Of a stretch of 64,000 nt of DNA, positions 16,668-30,175 are shown piece by piece. The stretch spans positions 8,122,001 to 8,186,000 of the forward strand of contig CM102290.1 in NCBI GenBank assembly GCA_046563655.1, written 5' to 3'. A program made the translations under genes and the position numbers. Each line of letters opens with the position of its first letter. Position 1 is the first letter of the stretch. The notes under the pieces are model-generated. The model had not been told where the DNA came from, did not search any database, and saw only the letters and a program-made list of their open reading frames with translations. The DNA is from Yuukianura sp. NJ FZ-2021 (taxonomy: Eukaryota).

Positions 16668-16893
16668 TGGGCAAATATGTATTTTTTATATGTAAAATCC
16701 CAATTAAATATCATTAATTAAAATTAAATTAATTTTATTATTATTTAATTGGGATGTTACATATAAATGAATTAATATAATTTAATCGAAAAAATTAATT
16801 AATTGAAATTAATTAATTTTATTTTAATTAATGAATAGTTAACATCTCATGTATGGATTACATGGATACACATGTGGTTTGCATATTTGCCCA
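16668..16893. repeat. AT-rich inverted-repeat element downstream of SUCLG1
   Basis: TGGGCAAATATG (16668) pairs with CATATTTGCCCA (16882-16893), enclosing an extremely AT-rich self-complementary core. Confidence 0.55.
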
Positions 16894-17571
16894 TAGCGGT
16901 TACTGTCTTCCCTATCTTTTATTTCCGTGTAGGAAGCTAATGCTTACTATAAATTGACTTTCTTTTACACTTAAGATTTACATTGCACTAATAAAAATAA
17001 GTGGAAAACAGTTAGATTTAAATGAAATAAATGATTTCAATAGTTTATTTTTGTGCTTAAGACGCCATTATCGTTCACAAAAAAGCCTCCGACCTCTGAA
17101 AATGACTGCACACGGTCCCGGGTTGTAAACAAGATTCATTAAAGATATTACACGGGTATCTTTTCAATTTTAAGTTCATCCAGACAAAGCTAAACAGTTA
17201 GTATACTTGAAAAGGAAATATAATTTTGGAAGGGAGGGGGTATTTAAACCAGTGTACAATCCTCATAAAATAATTCGTTCTAAAAGAAAAGGAAGGGGGA
17301 AGAAGATGATTGCTTCTTCTCTCCACGGGGAAATGGACATTTAAGATATAATGACAAAATCTCATAAAAGGTAACAATGGATTAATATAACTCTTCCAGG
17401 ACTTAAACTCTGCATGCTTTCACCCTAATTGTAATTAATTATTTCTGTCGTGTTTTCTGTTTTATGATCTTCTGGCATCATCTGCCATTCATGTATATGG
17501 AGGATTTGGAAGTACGATCTGGGGGAGAGCCGAATTCAGTGCAGAACGGTGTCTTTTGTCTGTTCTTTCTC

Positions 17572-20165
17572 CTACTGTTGAAGGACTTCGGGCTTGACCT
17601 TGCCCCCATCCCCCTCGGACACGAAACGCTTGCGTCCACTAAAATATAATTGTAGTTTAGTACTCATTTTTTACTTAAGTACTAGGATAAATTAATGTTG
17701 GAATTAGCCGAATGGAACCAAAGTGGAAATATGTAAAAATCTTGCCACTTACCGAACCGGGACTTTCGACACGATCTCCTCCGTAATGAATCCATGACGA
17801 CGAGCACGATTAACGAACCCATCGACGAGAGTATAAGCAGCCGGAACATCCAAACAAATGTCTGGCAAGTCCTCGAATACTCGAAAGAAACCCTAAAGTT
17901 AGAAGTTTGTAAGTTTTACAATAATAGTGGGATTCAGAGGGATCCATCGTCTAACAATATGAGGTATTTCCAGACAAGCTAACTTACGCGTTTCATTTGA
18001 TCGTGGGTAACAATGTTAGACGCAGACAACGTTTTCAACATCCGACAGATCGCCTCTTCAGTTGATTCTTGCATGGACTCAAGCGCCATCACAATTGCCT
18101 AGGAAATAAGTTTAAAAATAAATACAATAAAAAAGTAAACTAAAGAACAGTTGAAGAAGCTCTCAAAAAAGCTCACCTCGTAGACCAATTCATGATGGAA
18201 GTGAGGAACCTCCAATTCACAAAGACAACGTCCAGCCTCGACAGCATCATTTGAGCTAAGAAACTCCTTCAACAGCATGAAGATGCGACGGGAAAGAGCC
18301 TTCACTGGTTGAGCACCTCCACCCACGCCCCAAACGTTGTTCAGGCGTAGAATCCCTACTTTGTCAACCAGCATTGATTCCGCAACTTGAATTGCCGCCC
18401 TACCAGAGTAAACCAAATTGTAATAAGCAATTAGTGGAATTAGTACCTAAACCTGCGTTAAAAATGATTTTTCGCAAGGATTACTTGGCATAGTCATTCG
18501 TAACAGCATCCTTGAATGCATGAACAGAGCCAACCAAAAGACAGTCATCCGCAACACATCGGGCCATAAAGTTGCCGAGAAGAGTAGGAGCATCCGGCAC
18601 GTCCAAAATTGTTTCGGGAAGGTTTGCGAGAAGTTTTTCAAACCCTTTAGTACAGCAAACAAAATTGAGCATGATCAGTTTTAACTTCTCTCAAAAACCG
18701 CAAAGAGAATAATCAAATAACTTTGTCGACTTCAAATTCGATGTTAGTAGTAGGTGCTACTATTCCAAAGCAATGCCTACCCTGAATCATGTCCTCGGGA
18801 GCGAGCATCTCCTCCACGAGAACTGAGATCAACCGGGATGCCATCTCCCTATGACTCGGCTTGTGATCCATTGCAGCTTCAATAGTGACAGCCACAATCT
18901 AAAGTCAAATTTCATAAAGATTAGATCAATGTATATTGGTTGGGGTACAACTGTTTAACATTACTTGGTATTTGCGGTTCGACAACGGGAGATCCTGGAG
19001 AATAGCAATCACCTCACCGACATCACCATGCTCGAAAAACTCCAGGACAGTTCCTTCAATATGCTTCTACAATAATAGTAAACCTTCAAAATTCGTGTTA
19101 TAACAAGTTAAGTTGATTAACGCTATAAATGAAAAGTTACATTACATGCAATTCCTCATCGGACATATCCGGAATGATGGATTCCAGGGTAATGTCTCCA
19201 TTTTCAAGGGACTCCGAATCATAGTTTGGGTCCTTGAAGTCCAAAGCCACTACGGGACTAAGCTCGGATCCGTAGGCACCCCACGTACCTTTGCCCCCAG
19301 CACCACCTAAAAACACAAAAGAATTTGTATGAATCATAAACAATTAACCATAAACACATAGAATTAGGCATTAAATCCAGAAGGAAACCTCAATGTCATA
19401 GTGTCACTTCTTTACAACATAAGGAATAACTTTTGTTTTGTTTTTCGTTAATATTAAAGCAGACTGTGTCACAATCTCCAGTCTGCATCCATGATCATCG
19501 ATCATATCACAAAACAAAACAGGAAGAGAAGCCTAACTTATGAACTAACGCTTTGAAAGTGGCAAAATAAAGCCGGTCTTTGTAAAGGGTGAAGCCCCTA
19601 TTGTCCCAGTCCCAGCATGGCAACAAACCCACATAGGCATAGTTGCACAGATTTTCTTCTCCGCAGTTAGAAACCACACACTTCCACACTAGCCCCCTCT
19701 CATCTCCTTCCCTAATCCCAAAACATTCCAATCAATCTTTGATTAATCAAGAATCAGATGTCAACGAACTGTAGCCAAGGCCTCCCACTCACTCAAACCT
19801 CAAGGTCATAGTCCTCCTCCCCCAAATTCCCCCAGATTATAGACTGTCACGTTACCATATTCCATATTTTTCGTACCTTTCTTTGGAAGTCCGCGACCTT
19901 GTCCATTCCGAGACTTTCGGGAGTTCTTGGTGTGACGTGAAGCGGTATTGGATTGGTCACCAAACAGATCCTTTGCCAGAAACTTTGTCAATCGCTTGGC
20001 CTTTCGCTTGAGTCGATTACTTGCCGGGATCGAACCGTCAGCTCGAACCTGGCTTTCAGAAGCCGTTGCCTCCGTGAGTAGTAGTCCATTTCGACTCGTT
20101 TCACCTCCAAGACCATTAGTAAGAACGGCTTGACCTTCCTCCACAGTTGTCACTGGAGAATCCAT
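17572..20165 (-). CDS. PDCD4: Programmed cell death protein 4 (two MA3 domains, eIF4A inhibitor); possible upstream start at 20619
   Basis: [99 protein letters not shown] and C-terminal [12 protein letters not shown]. Stop at 17572. Confidence 0.96.
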
Positions 20166-21937
20166 GTTACCTGATTGACGTTTCTTGGCCAAAGTCACCA
20201 CCGCTTCCTCCGAAGGTGTTAAAGGAACGGGTCGGTAAAAGCTAAGCGAGAGAGAGGTAAGTTTGTATCACGTTTGCACTGCTCAACAGAGAAAAACAGA
20301 CAGACGAGGATGAGGTTCTGTTTTGCTGCGTATAAACGAACAAGAGGGGGAGAGACGACACGACCATTGAGACCTGCTCTGTCCATGCATACACCAAATC
20401 ATACCAAGTAACAGGGGAGGTAGGTTGTAAGGACATCACTTCCAGAACGTTCCTCCACAGTGTAGAGAGGCCCGTTGTCAGGAGCAACGGGTACGGGAAC
20501 AAAGCGGACGGGTACTTGGGCGGTTTGGACGGCAGACCCGCCCCTGGCTCCTCGTCCGTCCTCAGCACAGTGCACAAATAACCTTCCTCTGTCCCCTCTG
20601 CCCTGGTCGTCATGATCATTACAATCTAATACGAAAAAAACATACGGAAAGAGCACTTACTAAAAACCCAATAATACTAAAATGCTAAATTTGAATACAC
20701 ACAAAATAGGAAAACAACAACATCAGACACTTTTTGTAGCAGCGTCCCACCGCCAAACAGCTCTTCATCTTCAAACTTAACATGTAATGTCTACTCCTAG
20801 CTGTAACATCCATCAGTGATCAGTAGCATTTTTTACGAAGTCTCACAGCACAATGTACTTGTGTACCTACTACATTATAATATTTACACATACTTAGGAA
20901 GTCAATGAACAAAAAACGTATTTATGTATTTTGGAGTTCTAATCTTTCATTTGTACACTTAAATCTAACACGGAACTAATTCAAATACAACAATTATTAC
21001 CGTTGAAAAAAAAAACGCTATCATGATCACAGTAGTTTTTTCCCCTCAAAATTTTGGTACATTAAACTCCCACTTGTTTTCGTATAGTTTTCAATCATTT
21101 TTTTTTCTGCATAGTGGCAGTTTACCACCCCCCTTAACTTTTAAGGGGTGTGTAAAACCTTTTGAAAGAGTGCAACGTCCAGCCTTGTAACGTTGTGTTG
21201 AAGGTTATTAAAATGTTACTTTAAAATAAAAGGTTTAATAATCATGTCTCATGAGTGCAAAAAATTGAAAATTGGATTGTAATTGTAAATTGTAAGTACA
21301 AAATGCTACTTGGATGAAGCAAAAGGTGATGCTCCTGTGTTATGCTATAGATCGTTGTTAACTTGCGCTACCAATCAATCCTATAACTTTCATTGTTTTT
21401 TTTTTCATCTCCGAAGGACAACAAGGGGACAAACAAATGGAAAAACAGCATAGCAGCAGAAATTTCCCTTCTTCGAATGTTTCGTGTTTCAAAAACTGCA
21501 CAAACTTATTATTGGCTTCTTCCTAAAAATAAGAATTGAGTTTTTAGCAAAGCTCGTCATAAAAATCATTACATCCAAATGATACCAATCAGTTCATCCT
21601 CATCTTTCTTTAGTAAACATTAAACAATCTTAAAAGGTTAAAATCAAAATCTCATCAATTTAAAAAAAGAAGTGATTTTGAACAAAAAAGAGAAACATAA
21701 AATGATAAAATCATAAGTAACAATGAAATAAAAAGTTGGAACAATATAAATAATATGAATAGTCTTACTATTTAGTATATTTCTTCTAATATGTATTATA
21801 AATCCTTTACAGATACTTTACTTACAACAATGAGTCGTTTTTATTCTTGTGTTTGCTTATTGGGGACTTTTGAAAAATTTTTAATTTGCGAGTGCTGGGT
21901 TTAGGTTATGCTTTTTGTTGCTTGTGATGAGTTTAGA

Positions 21938-24900
21938 TTAGTTCAAGTCACGGTCCTCCAAGTACTGATACTCGAACACGAAACCGTCCTTCTTACGTTG
22001 TCCCCATTTTTCAATGTCGAAGTAGATGTAGGTTCCCTACGAAAGTTAGAAAACGGTCAGACACTACTGGTACTCAATTTGAATTGGACAATAGATTATG
22101 TGTTGCGTATTTCGTAATTCAAAAAAAAATGTTTCTACGAACTTACTTGTTCATACACTTCGTTGATAACTTTAGGCTCTTCGTGGCGCTGAAACCACAT
22201 CATGAACTTGGTATGAAAGCGCCAACTCTGCTTTTTCAAAACTTTGGCAGCCATATATTGAGCACGCGTCCCCTCCAGGTAATAAAAGATGAAAAACAGC
22301 GTTTCGATGGACATGCGGCCGAAGAACTCCAGAGAATCCGAATGGACGAGCGGCGACTGTCACAAATAAAATCATTTTATATTTCAAAACACTGCATTGG
22401 TAATTCCGTGTCAGGGGACATACTTGAGGGTAATAATTTGGAGTTGGAATTGGGTTCCGAGCCAAATACTGACGCAGAGGTTCGGAGTCGGCGAGACATG
22501 GAAGATGGTAATGCGCCGCTTCCAACATTGACAATTGATAATCATGCTTTGGGTGAAGAGGCATTGGGCCTAACGGAGCAACACCAAGCAATGGTGGAAT
22601 GTGAGCCGACGTCGTTGCATCACTGGAGGGACCTAAAAAATCGACACAATGTTTTCAATTCCGAAACACTCCAATATTTCTATACTAACAAAATTCTGTT
22701 TCGAACAACTTGGATTTAGGAAACTTACGCTGGTCAGCGCTGAAGTTTAGTCCGGCACGAGTCATCACTTCTTGTGCCATGGACTTGAGAGTCGTGAGAT
22801 GGGTATCAGGAGCGTCACCACCACCTCCAATGTACTGCTCCATAATAAGTTGTTCTTGTGCCGAGGTGAGGTGAGACGTATGATTGACCGACTGTTGCTG
22901 CGGTTGTTGTTGCAGTTGTTGCTGTTGTTGTTGCTGTTGTTGCTGCTGGACGACGGCCGCCTCTTCCTGTCGTTGCTGTTGAAAAGAAAAATAGGATTTA
23001 GAAATGGTTTTGTTTTGGAAATCGAAAACGACAGAATGCGTTTTGAGATCACATCGAGTTGTTCGAAAATCCTAGTGCAGGAGGCCGAAATTTGGTTATT
23101 AGACTTACTTCCGAGTAAATAATTAAGTCAAACATAGTCATAGTCATCAACTGAATTTTAAATAAAGAATTTATCTTACTCTCTCCTCTTCAAGGGCTTG
23201 ACCTGCAACACGAAGGGCCTCTAGTTCTTTGAGGTTCTTGAGTTGCATTGCATGCGCGTAGCTGACGTCTGGGACACGTTCGTTCCGGAGAGACGTTTCA
23301 TTTTGTAGGACTTGCTCGTTTCGTAGCACTGATTCACTACTGTGTACGACCTTTGGATGCAACACTACCACATTGGAAGAGTTAGTTATAAGACTTGGGC
23401 TAGGAGTCATATGATTACAATTTGAAAGTGGTGCATTGCCTAGAGATGTTAAGTCAAATGAACATTCTCGGTCGATCGCCGAACAATTTTCGGATTGTTC
23501 GGAGCTACCTTGACCTTGTGCTGTTTGGTGGTGAGAAAGGCCGTTTGAGGAATGTGCACTTTCTGGCAGCGAATCACTGGGCGGAGGCACATTCACTGGA
23601 GTGACTTGTGGAGGAGCCAATGGTGGACTTTCTTTCTCGGGAATGAGTTCGACGAACTTTTGATCTTGGCCAGAATTACGACGATTTCGTTTCTTTTTCT
23701 CCAGTTCAGAGAGAAAAGGATTATCATCAATTAGTTCTTGCTCAACACCCTCCATAGTGGAGGGCGTTATAGATTTTTTACCATCAGATGTCGATTGTTC
23801 AGACTGTTGGTCAGAACTTGGCTCTGTAATCTCAGTGGAACTTTGGGGATAAGGACTTACATTGTTTTTACGGGAAACCTTTCCACTGAACCCACCAACA
23901 CTTCCACTAGATGTACTAGGCTTGACTGGTAAAGGCTTCACAATCTTCGCTTCTTCGGAATACGATTTTCGTCGCTCTGACATGCTGCCCTCATACTGTT
24001 GTAAATCTTGCGGTCGATCAAGCGTTTGAAGGGAAGGGGAAAAGTGACCTGTTGTTGTGGGAGTGGAAGGATTAGTGTCCATAACAGGGGTAGGATTGGG
24101 TGATATGGTACTGCTACCTATCCCGCTTCCCAGGATATCATCCAAGAATTCAATGTCATCGTACAGATACTCATTCTCTTCGTATTCTGGATCTTGTCCT
24201 GATTCCAGATAGTAGTCGACGTCTTCTTTAATTTTCTTGACTTGGGAGAGGAACACTGGAAGCTACAAGAATAATAGCAAGATTAGCCGTGTTGCAGAAC
24301 GGTTGAAGTAGTCGCAGTTAAAAGTTAATAAAAGTGTTATAACCTTCTCCTCGTTTGTGATGTTGTCCAGCGTCCGTAAAATCAATTCCAACTTGCCAAT
24401 GTGAAACTTGTGCTTGTCGATGAATCGTCGGTACATGTCCACCTTCTCTTGTTTCTCTTTGTCCATCTTCTTCTTTTTGCACACAGAAACAGAATCGATG
24501 TCGCACTCGAAGCTATCAATCTGCATTTGGATGCTGTCAAGTGTGGTGATGAGCCAGGCATTCAGCTCATCGCGCTCCCGTGTAATTGGATCCGATTTGG
24601 TGGCAAGGCCTAGTCCCTCCTTTGAGTATGCCTTTGTCTTGGTTTCTCGTTCAACAACTTTAAATCGTTCCATTTGCTGGAAATGAAACAATAAAGATAC
24701 ATGATTGGACATATCCAACATTGGAGTTTATCCAATTCTAACATAACTTAAGAAAATGAGTGTCTAAAGGTATAACCAACCGTCTCAATCAATTTTCTGG
24801 TCTCAATCAGAAGCGACTTGTCCTTAATTTCCGCAGAAGCAATCCATACTTTGATTTGGTCCCGCAAACGTTGCAGCTTCTTGATTTCCTTCTTCAGATC

Positions 24901-25222
24901 CGATTCATACTTGTCCTTCTGATTCGAGTTTGTGGCATAATGGACTTTGTTCCAAACTTCTTCGAAGAGTTCAACGCCTTCTGAAACTCTCTTCAGGCAG
25001 CGGTCGATCTCAGCTGGAACAGAAAGAAAGCCATCATTTAAAACATTGCTAAATCAGAATTAGATTTGACTAAACGAACGAGCCAACCCAGTACTAGTGC
25101 TTCCTACCTGAAAGTACGTAACTGAAACGTTCCAAGAGCTTAGACTGAATTTACTAGCTCTATAGCATATAATCGATTAATGAATACGTTGACTTACCCT
25201 GTAGCTTTCTTGTGGCTGCCAT
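21938..25222 (-). CDS. CNOT3: CCR4-NOT transcription complex subunit 3 (Not3 N-terminal domain, polyQ tract, NOT box)
   Basis: [65 protein letters not shown], and NOT box [18 protein letters not shown]...[14 protein letters not shown]. Confidence 0.96.
22892..22948 (-). repeat. CAA/CAG trinucleotide tract encoding polyQ in CNOT3
   Basis: Plus strand (gtt/gct)n; minus strand reads [21 protein letters not shown] in the CNOT3 frame. Confidence 0.85.
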
Positions 25223-26604
25223 TTCGTACTGTATTTTGTAGATTCCACCGAGAAAACGAGTAATAAGGGTATTCCAAGTTTTGCTAAAAAGTATAAATAA
25301 AAATTAAATTTATTGTGGCTAATGACCGTAGTATACACGTTGAATTCAACTTTGACATCAAAAATGACTCAGTTAACACAACTTTTTCATCAGAAATTCA
25401 AGATGGATGCCAGAAAAACAGTTGAAATGTATTCAGAACTTTTAGCTCGATTCACTTCCATCTTTATGTCCTGCTGACTTTTCATTTTTCGCCTAAATAA
25501 AAGACAGAGATTGACGAAAACAACATCGCAACAGCACAGAAAATCCCACTATCCTACACCACCCGATCCCACATACGCGCACCACCAAACTCACATCTCT
25601 GATTTTAGCACACGTACGCAATCAGGGTGCGCATCATTTCTGCAAATTAGTTACGGGGTCTAAATTTTCTTTAAGTTTAATTATTTTTTAATTAGGACCT
25701 TCTCACCTCCTGAAATAAAGCGAAGGATTAAACAATTTTTTTCCATTTCCAGATTACCTAACTTTTATTGTACAACACCACAATTTTTCAATAACCGTAG
25801 CTCCAATTAGTACTACTATTCTTTACTAATTATATTAGATACAACGATTAATCTAAATCCTTAACTTTATTATTTAACATCAGCAAAAACATTTAATATA
25901 AAATGACACTTTATATTCTTTTGTTTCACATTTTGTTAAAAACTTTAATTTGACATTCAAAGTAAATGCCCATCTGTGGACACTGAAAAACAAAAAAAAA
26001 ACAGAAACGCCATACTATCATTGCCTTTGTCGTCAATTACCGGAAAAACGTTAAATGTGGATTCGCATGGCAACCCTGCCCTCTCTAGGAGAAATCGACG
26101 CAAATCAACTTTTTTTTTTACAATGGCAGGTCAATGCCCCCTACTGACGAAATGCCATGAAGATGCCCGTGTATGTAACGTAAAGATGGATGACATGGTG
26201 ACACGACATTTAAGTTTGCGTAGACATCTATGCATGATGTCGTAAGGTCAATGACCCCATAAAGGTGATGTCTGGCTTACAGTTGTTTCTGGTACTTGCT
26301 CTCGTCCTTCGGGGTAATAGTCTTCGGGGTACGAAGCTCCGCCATCTTGGGTGTTTCGTCAACCGTGGTGAAGTACTTCGGAGTCGACGATTTTCTGGAG
26401 GTGACCTGTAGTTGTCCTTCCGTTGACGTTTTTTACGGAGCACTGAAAAAGACGTCCTCTCTCTTCGAGAGCTGCAGTAGGACTGCGAGGGGTCAACGAC
26501 CGCCGCTCTCCTTTTTCTTCTCATCAACAAACGTTTTTGTAAACTTGTCTCAACTAACCCGGTGGCATGGTAGCGCTGAGTTCAACTTTTTTGAAACAAT
26601 AGAC

Positions 26605-27111
26605 TAATTCGGATTTGGGATTGGGACTGGGCTTGTGGACTCTGCTACAAGCTACAAGCTACAATCCACGAGTCCAGACAAAACAGTTTCGGTTTTTCTA
26701 GATGGTGGACTGTGGACGGTAGAAATAATTTTGAATTTTTTTAACAAGTATTACATATAATATGACATATTTGTATAATATAATGGAGACTATTTAATTC
26801 ATCATATCGTTCAAAAATGTTATTGGAACAATAGCGGTTGAATTAATTCCTATTGTAAACAACATTACCATTTTTTTTACCAAAAGTTATCGAATTACTA
26901 TTGTTAGTAATTATTTATTGTTGCAAACCTAAATTGACCACGGCATTCCTCAGCTTTTTTGAAAATCAAAAGCGGGAATGAGATTTCCACCGTCCAGTCC
27001 CTGAAAGAGACGTGTTTCAAAAAATGAGGAAAAGACTCTCTCAGGGACTGTAGGGACGGTAGCTACCGTCCACCGTACAGTCCACCGTCCCAGTCTCTGA
27101 AATCCGAATTA
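26605..27111. mobile_element. MITE with TIR TAATTCGGATTT
   Basis: taattcggattt at 26605 and aaatccgaatta at 27100-27111; internal gtggac/gtccac and ggactg/cagtcc inverted subrepeats. Confidence 0.65.
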
Positions 27112-28866
27112 TTTAACAGTATTTTTTTGTTTCACGACTTTATTTGGTATATAAATAAGTCTTTATTCTAATCTAATCTAATTATTACTTTTTTTTTTTT
27201 ACAATTTTATCCGCGTCTCTCTAGAACAGCGCATGAGCAAGGGTTTCTGCCTTCTCATCAAGACTTAACGCGTATGTGAAAATTAAAACTGCCTTAGTTA
27301 ATTCTAATTATGCTATTAGCAACCAGCTTGCTGCGCATGCTAGCTGGGGCTTCGCCCCGGACCCGTTAAATCCTCCTAGTAGTAAACTCTAAGCGTATTT
27401 TCCTTCAAAAGATCCCCGCCATTTTCAATTAAAAAATTCCCATTCTATACAGATTCCAAAATAGCCACTGTTTCTCGCATTTCTTAGAGGCTGAGGCTTT
27501 AGAATTCCACGGGCTTCGTTTTCAGTTTAAATTTTCCAAAAATTTCAAATCCAATCATTCTTAGAAACACGAACTGTTAGTTAACTCTTGAAATCCAACT
27601 TTGCAAAAAAAAAATCGCAAAAGCTCAGGGTGCTGCGTGACACTATCAAAATGTTGCCACGAATGGTGGGATCACGTTTTGGTGGGTTTCATTAGGGCGT
27701 TCATGTGAAATTCAAAAAGAGAAACACTTGAAGTTGAGAAACACGAATCGTTCGATAGCTGGAAATCCAACTTGGCAATTTTTTTTGATTCCGGCTTTAG
27801 CTACTAATCTCAGATTAGGAAAATTTGTAATTCGTGCACAAATGCTTGGTTAGAGAGGTAAAATATCAAATTGTTATTTGTTAAAAAAAGCAAAGGGACT
27901 TCTCCTGCAGTTATCCAGATACGATGAAGATACCGGAGAAAGCACTATTTCGATTTTGCTTAGGGATCATCAGTATGATGCTAGATCCAACAACAGGTAG
28001 GGGGATGATCACCATTGGCTAAATTCTGGATCAGTGTCCATCTGTCACCTAAGGCTTGTGTAAAGTGGACAAATAAACAGTGGAGTCGAAGTGACGCCTA
28101 TTCATTTGCGTAATAGATCCTAATTGAATTCAATATCCTTGTTCAACATACGACACGCTCCAAATCATAATGCCAAATAAACGTTAAAGTCAAATAAGTC
28201 ACAACACTTTCATCTGCTCAACTGGGGGAGGATTCGTCTATCCCTTTGCTTTCCCTCTACGTCCTTTCTCCACTACGTACTAAAACTTTCAAAGTCAAAG
28301 TTATAATGTTCTTTATGCAAAAACCAAAAAAGAGCCGTCTAAAAATTAATTCTCAGCATCAAAACTTTTGCACAAATTTTTCTGGACCACGATCATGCCG
28401 GACTAAAACAACACTTCGCTAGAATGCTAACCTCAAAAATGATTGAAAGCCTGTAATCAACTGCACGGCAGGGGGAAACAAAACTAATAAGCAAACTAAA
28501 AAAAAGTTGCCAGAAAGTTTAGATGCTGCACATCGTTAAAAAAATCCAACCTTACTTCGAATAGTGTCAAATTTTTTCTTACAAAGGTCAGCTAAATGTT
28601 AATGTGATGGTTAAAGTTAGTAAAAGTTCAAGAAATCAGGAAGCTGTGTTAAGTAATTTTTTTTCTGAAATAATTAAAACTTGAATCTAATAGATGGTAT
28701 TTTTTTTTCAAAAAACAAGAGTGAATAACCTGCATTATTTGGATTTGTCATCAATTGTGATATAAAAAGAAATCAAAGTGAAAGCAAGAGAAAGTGGACA
28801 GATTTCAACTGCGTCGTTCTACCCTGGGAACAAATGCAGAATATTTGTTAACGCTCCAGGAACTTT

Positions 28867-30175
28867 TTGGATATTGGGTACCAACATCGTTTGGAGAACA
28901 ATTCCGCCTTCTTTTTACTACGCGCTTCGATCTCAACCCCTCGACTTGTCTACTTCCTTAGAAGCTCACCCATGTGGAAACATACTTCTCATCTCCTGGA
29001 TTATGACATAGCCTTGAAACAATGTTTGGAAGTCACCTTAAACTGCAACTTAACCACCAATTCCTGGGCTCAATCCTCTCTGCCCGTCAACCTTGGCGGT
29101 CTTGGGATCAATCAAGCATGCGAAATTGCCCTACCCTGCTTTTGTGCGTCGTTCTGTTCCAGTAGCAATCTTATCCGTCAACTAGTTCCAAGCCATGTTG
29201 TCGACTCAGATACAGCTTTCAATGATGCTTGCCAAATGTGGTGCCTCCAGCAAAACTCAATACCTATCTCTACCAACATCAATTCACAAAACGCCTGGGT
29301 GAAACCATTTTTCCAGCAGAAACTCAAGAATCTTATACAAAATTCAACCTCGCTGGAGTCCTCTGCAAGATTGAGAGCATGCCAAGAACCACATACAGGC
29401 GCATGGCTACAAGCTCTTCCAGCCAGACAACTTGGGACTCACTTAGATGATGTGGCCTTCCAGATTTCTGTCGGATTACGTCTGGGTTGCAACATCTGTG
29501 AACCTCATCGTTGTCACTGTGGTCAGGAAGTTACTTCTCTAGGACTCCATGGTCTCCATTGTCCCAAGAGTGCCGGAAGATCCTGTAGACATTCAAGTTC
29601 CAATGACCTAATCCTTCGTGCTCTGCGGACAGCTGACACTCCTTGTATTCGCGAACCCCCTGGACTCTCAAGACACGATGGGCGCCATCCTGATGGACTA
29701 ACTCTTGTGCCTTGGAAAAACGGAAAGTCGTTAATCTGGGATTTTACATGTGTCGACACCTATGCACCTTCATATCTCCTACACTCCTCCTCCAACGCCG
29801 GTTACGCTGCACACCAAGCCGAAAATCGGAAGAAATCACACTATAGCAGTCTTTCAAATAACTACATCTTCGCAGCAGTTGCAATCGAGACTACTGGTGT
29901 TTTCGGGAAAGACGCAGTTAAATTTATTCGCGAAATCGGTTCAAGGATCATGAAAATCACAGGCGAAAAGAAATCAACCTCTTATTTATTCCAACGCCTC
30001 AGCATCGCCACCCAACGTGGGAATGCAGCCTCCGTTCTTGGTACCCTTCCCACCGGACATCATCTCACAGAAGTGTTTCTACTATAATCTCAGAATTTTC
30101 AATAACTTTTTCAACCCACATTTTGTGGGTGTAAGTGTTGTTAAATAAAAGATTTAAACTATCGAAAAAAAAAAA
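28867..30175 (+). mobile_element. 5'-truncated CRE-like non-LTR retrotransposon with restriction-like endonuclease
   Basis: Intronless 406-codon ORF with post-RT LPVNLGGLG, zinc knuckle CHCGQEVTSLGLHGLHC, RH, PDG..DFT, AENRKKSHY, AIETTGVFG and FQRLSIATQRGNAASV; AATAAA near 30144 and poly(A) at 30165-30175. The RT core is absent. Confidence 0.88.

Noticed and set aside
22084..23122. Plus-strand ORFs of 211 aa and 116 aa (poly-Leu)
   Set aside because: Antisense shadows of the CNOT3 NOT-box and polyQ exons.
26228..26530. Arg-rich 100-aa minus-strand ORF
   Set aside because: Non-ATG annotated start, no recognisable family, and it overlaps the likely CNOT3 first exon/promoter in another frame.
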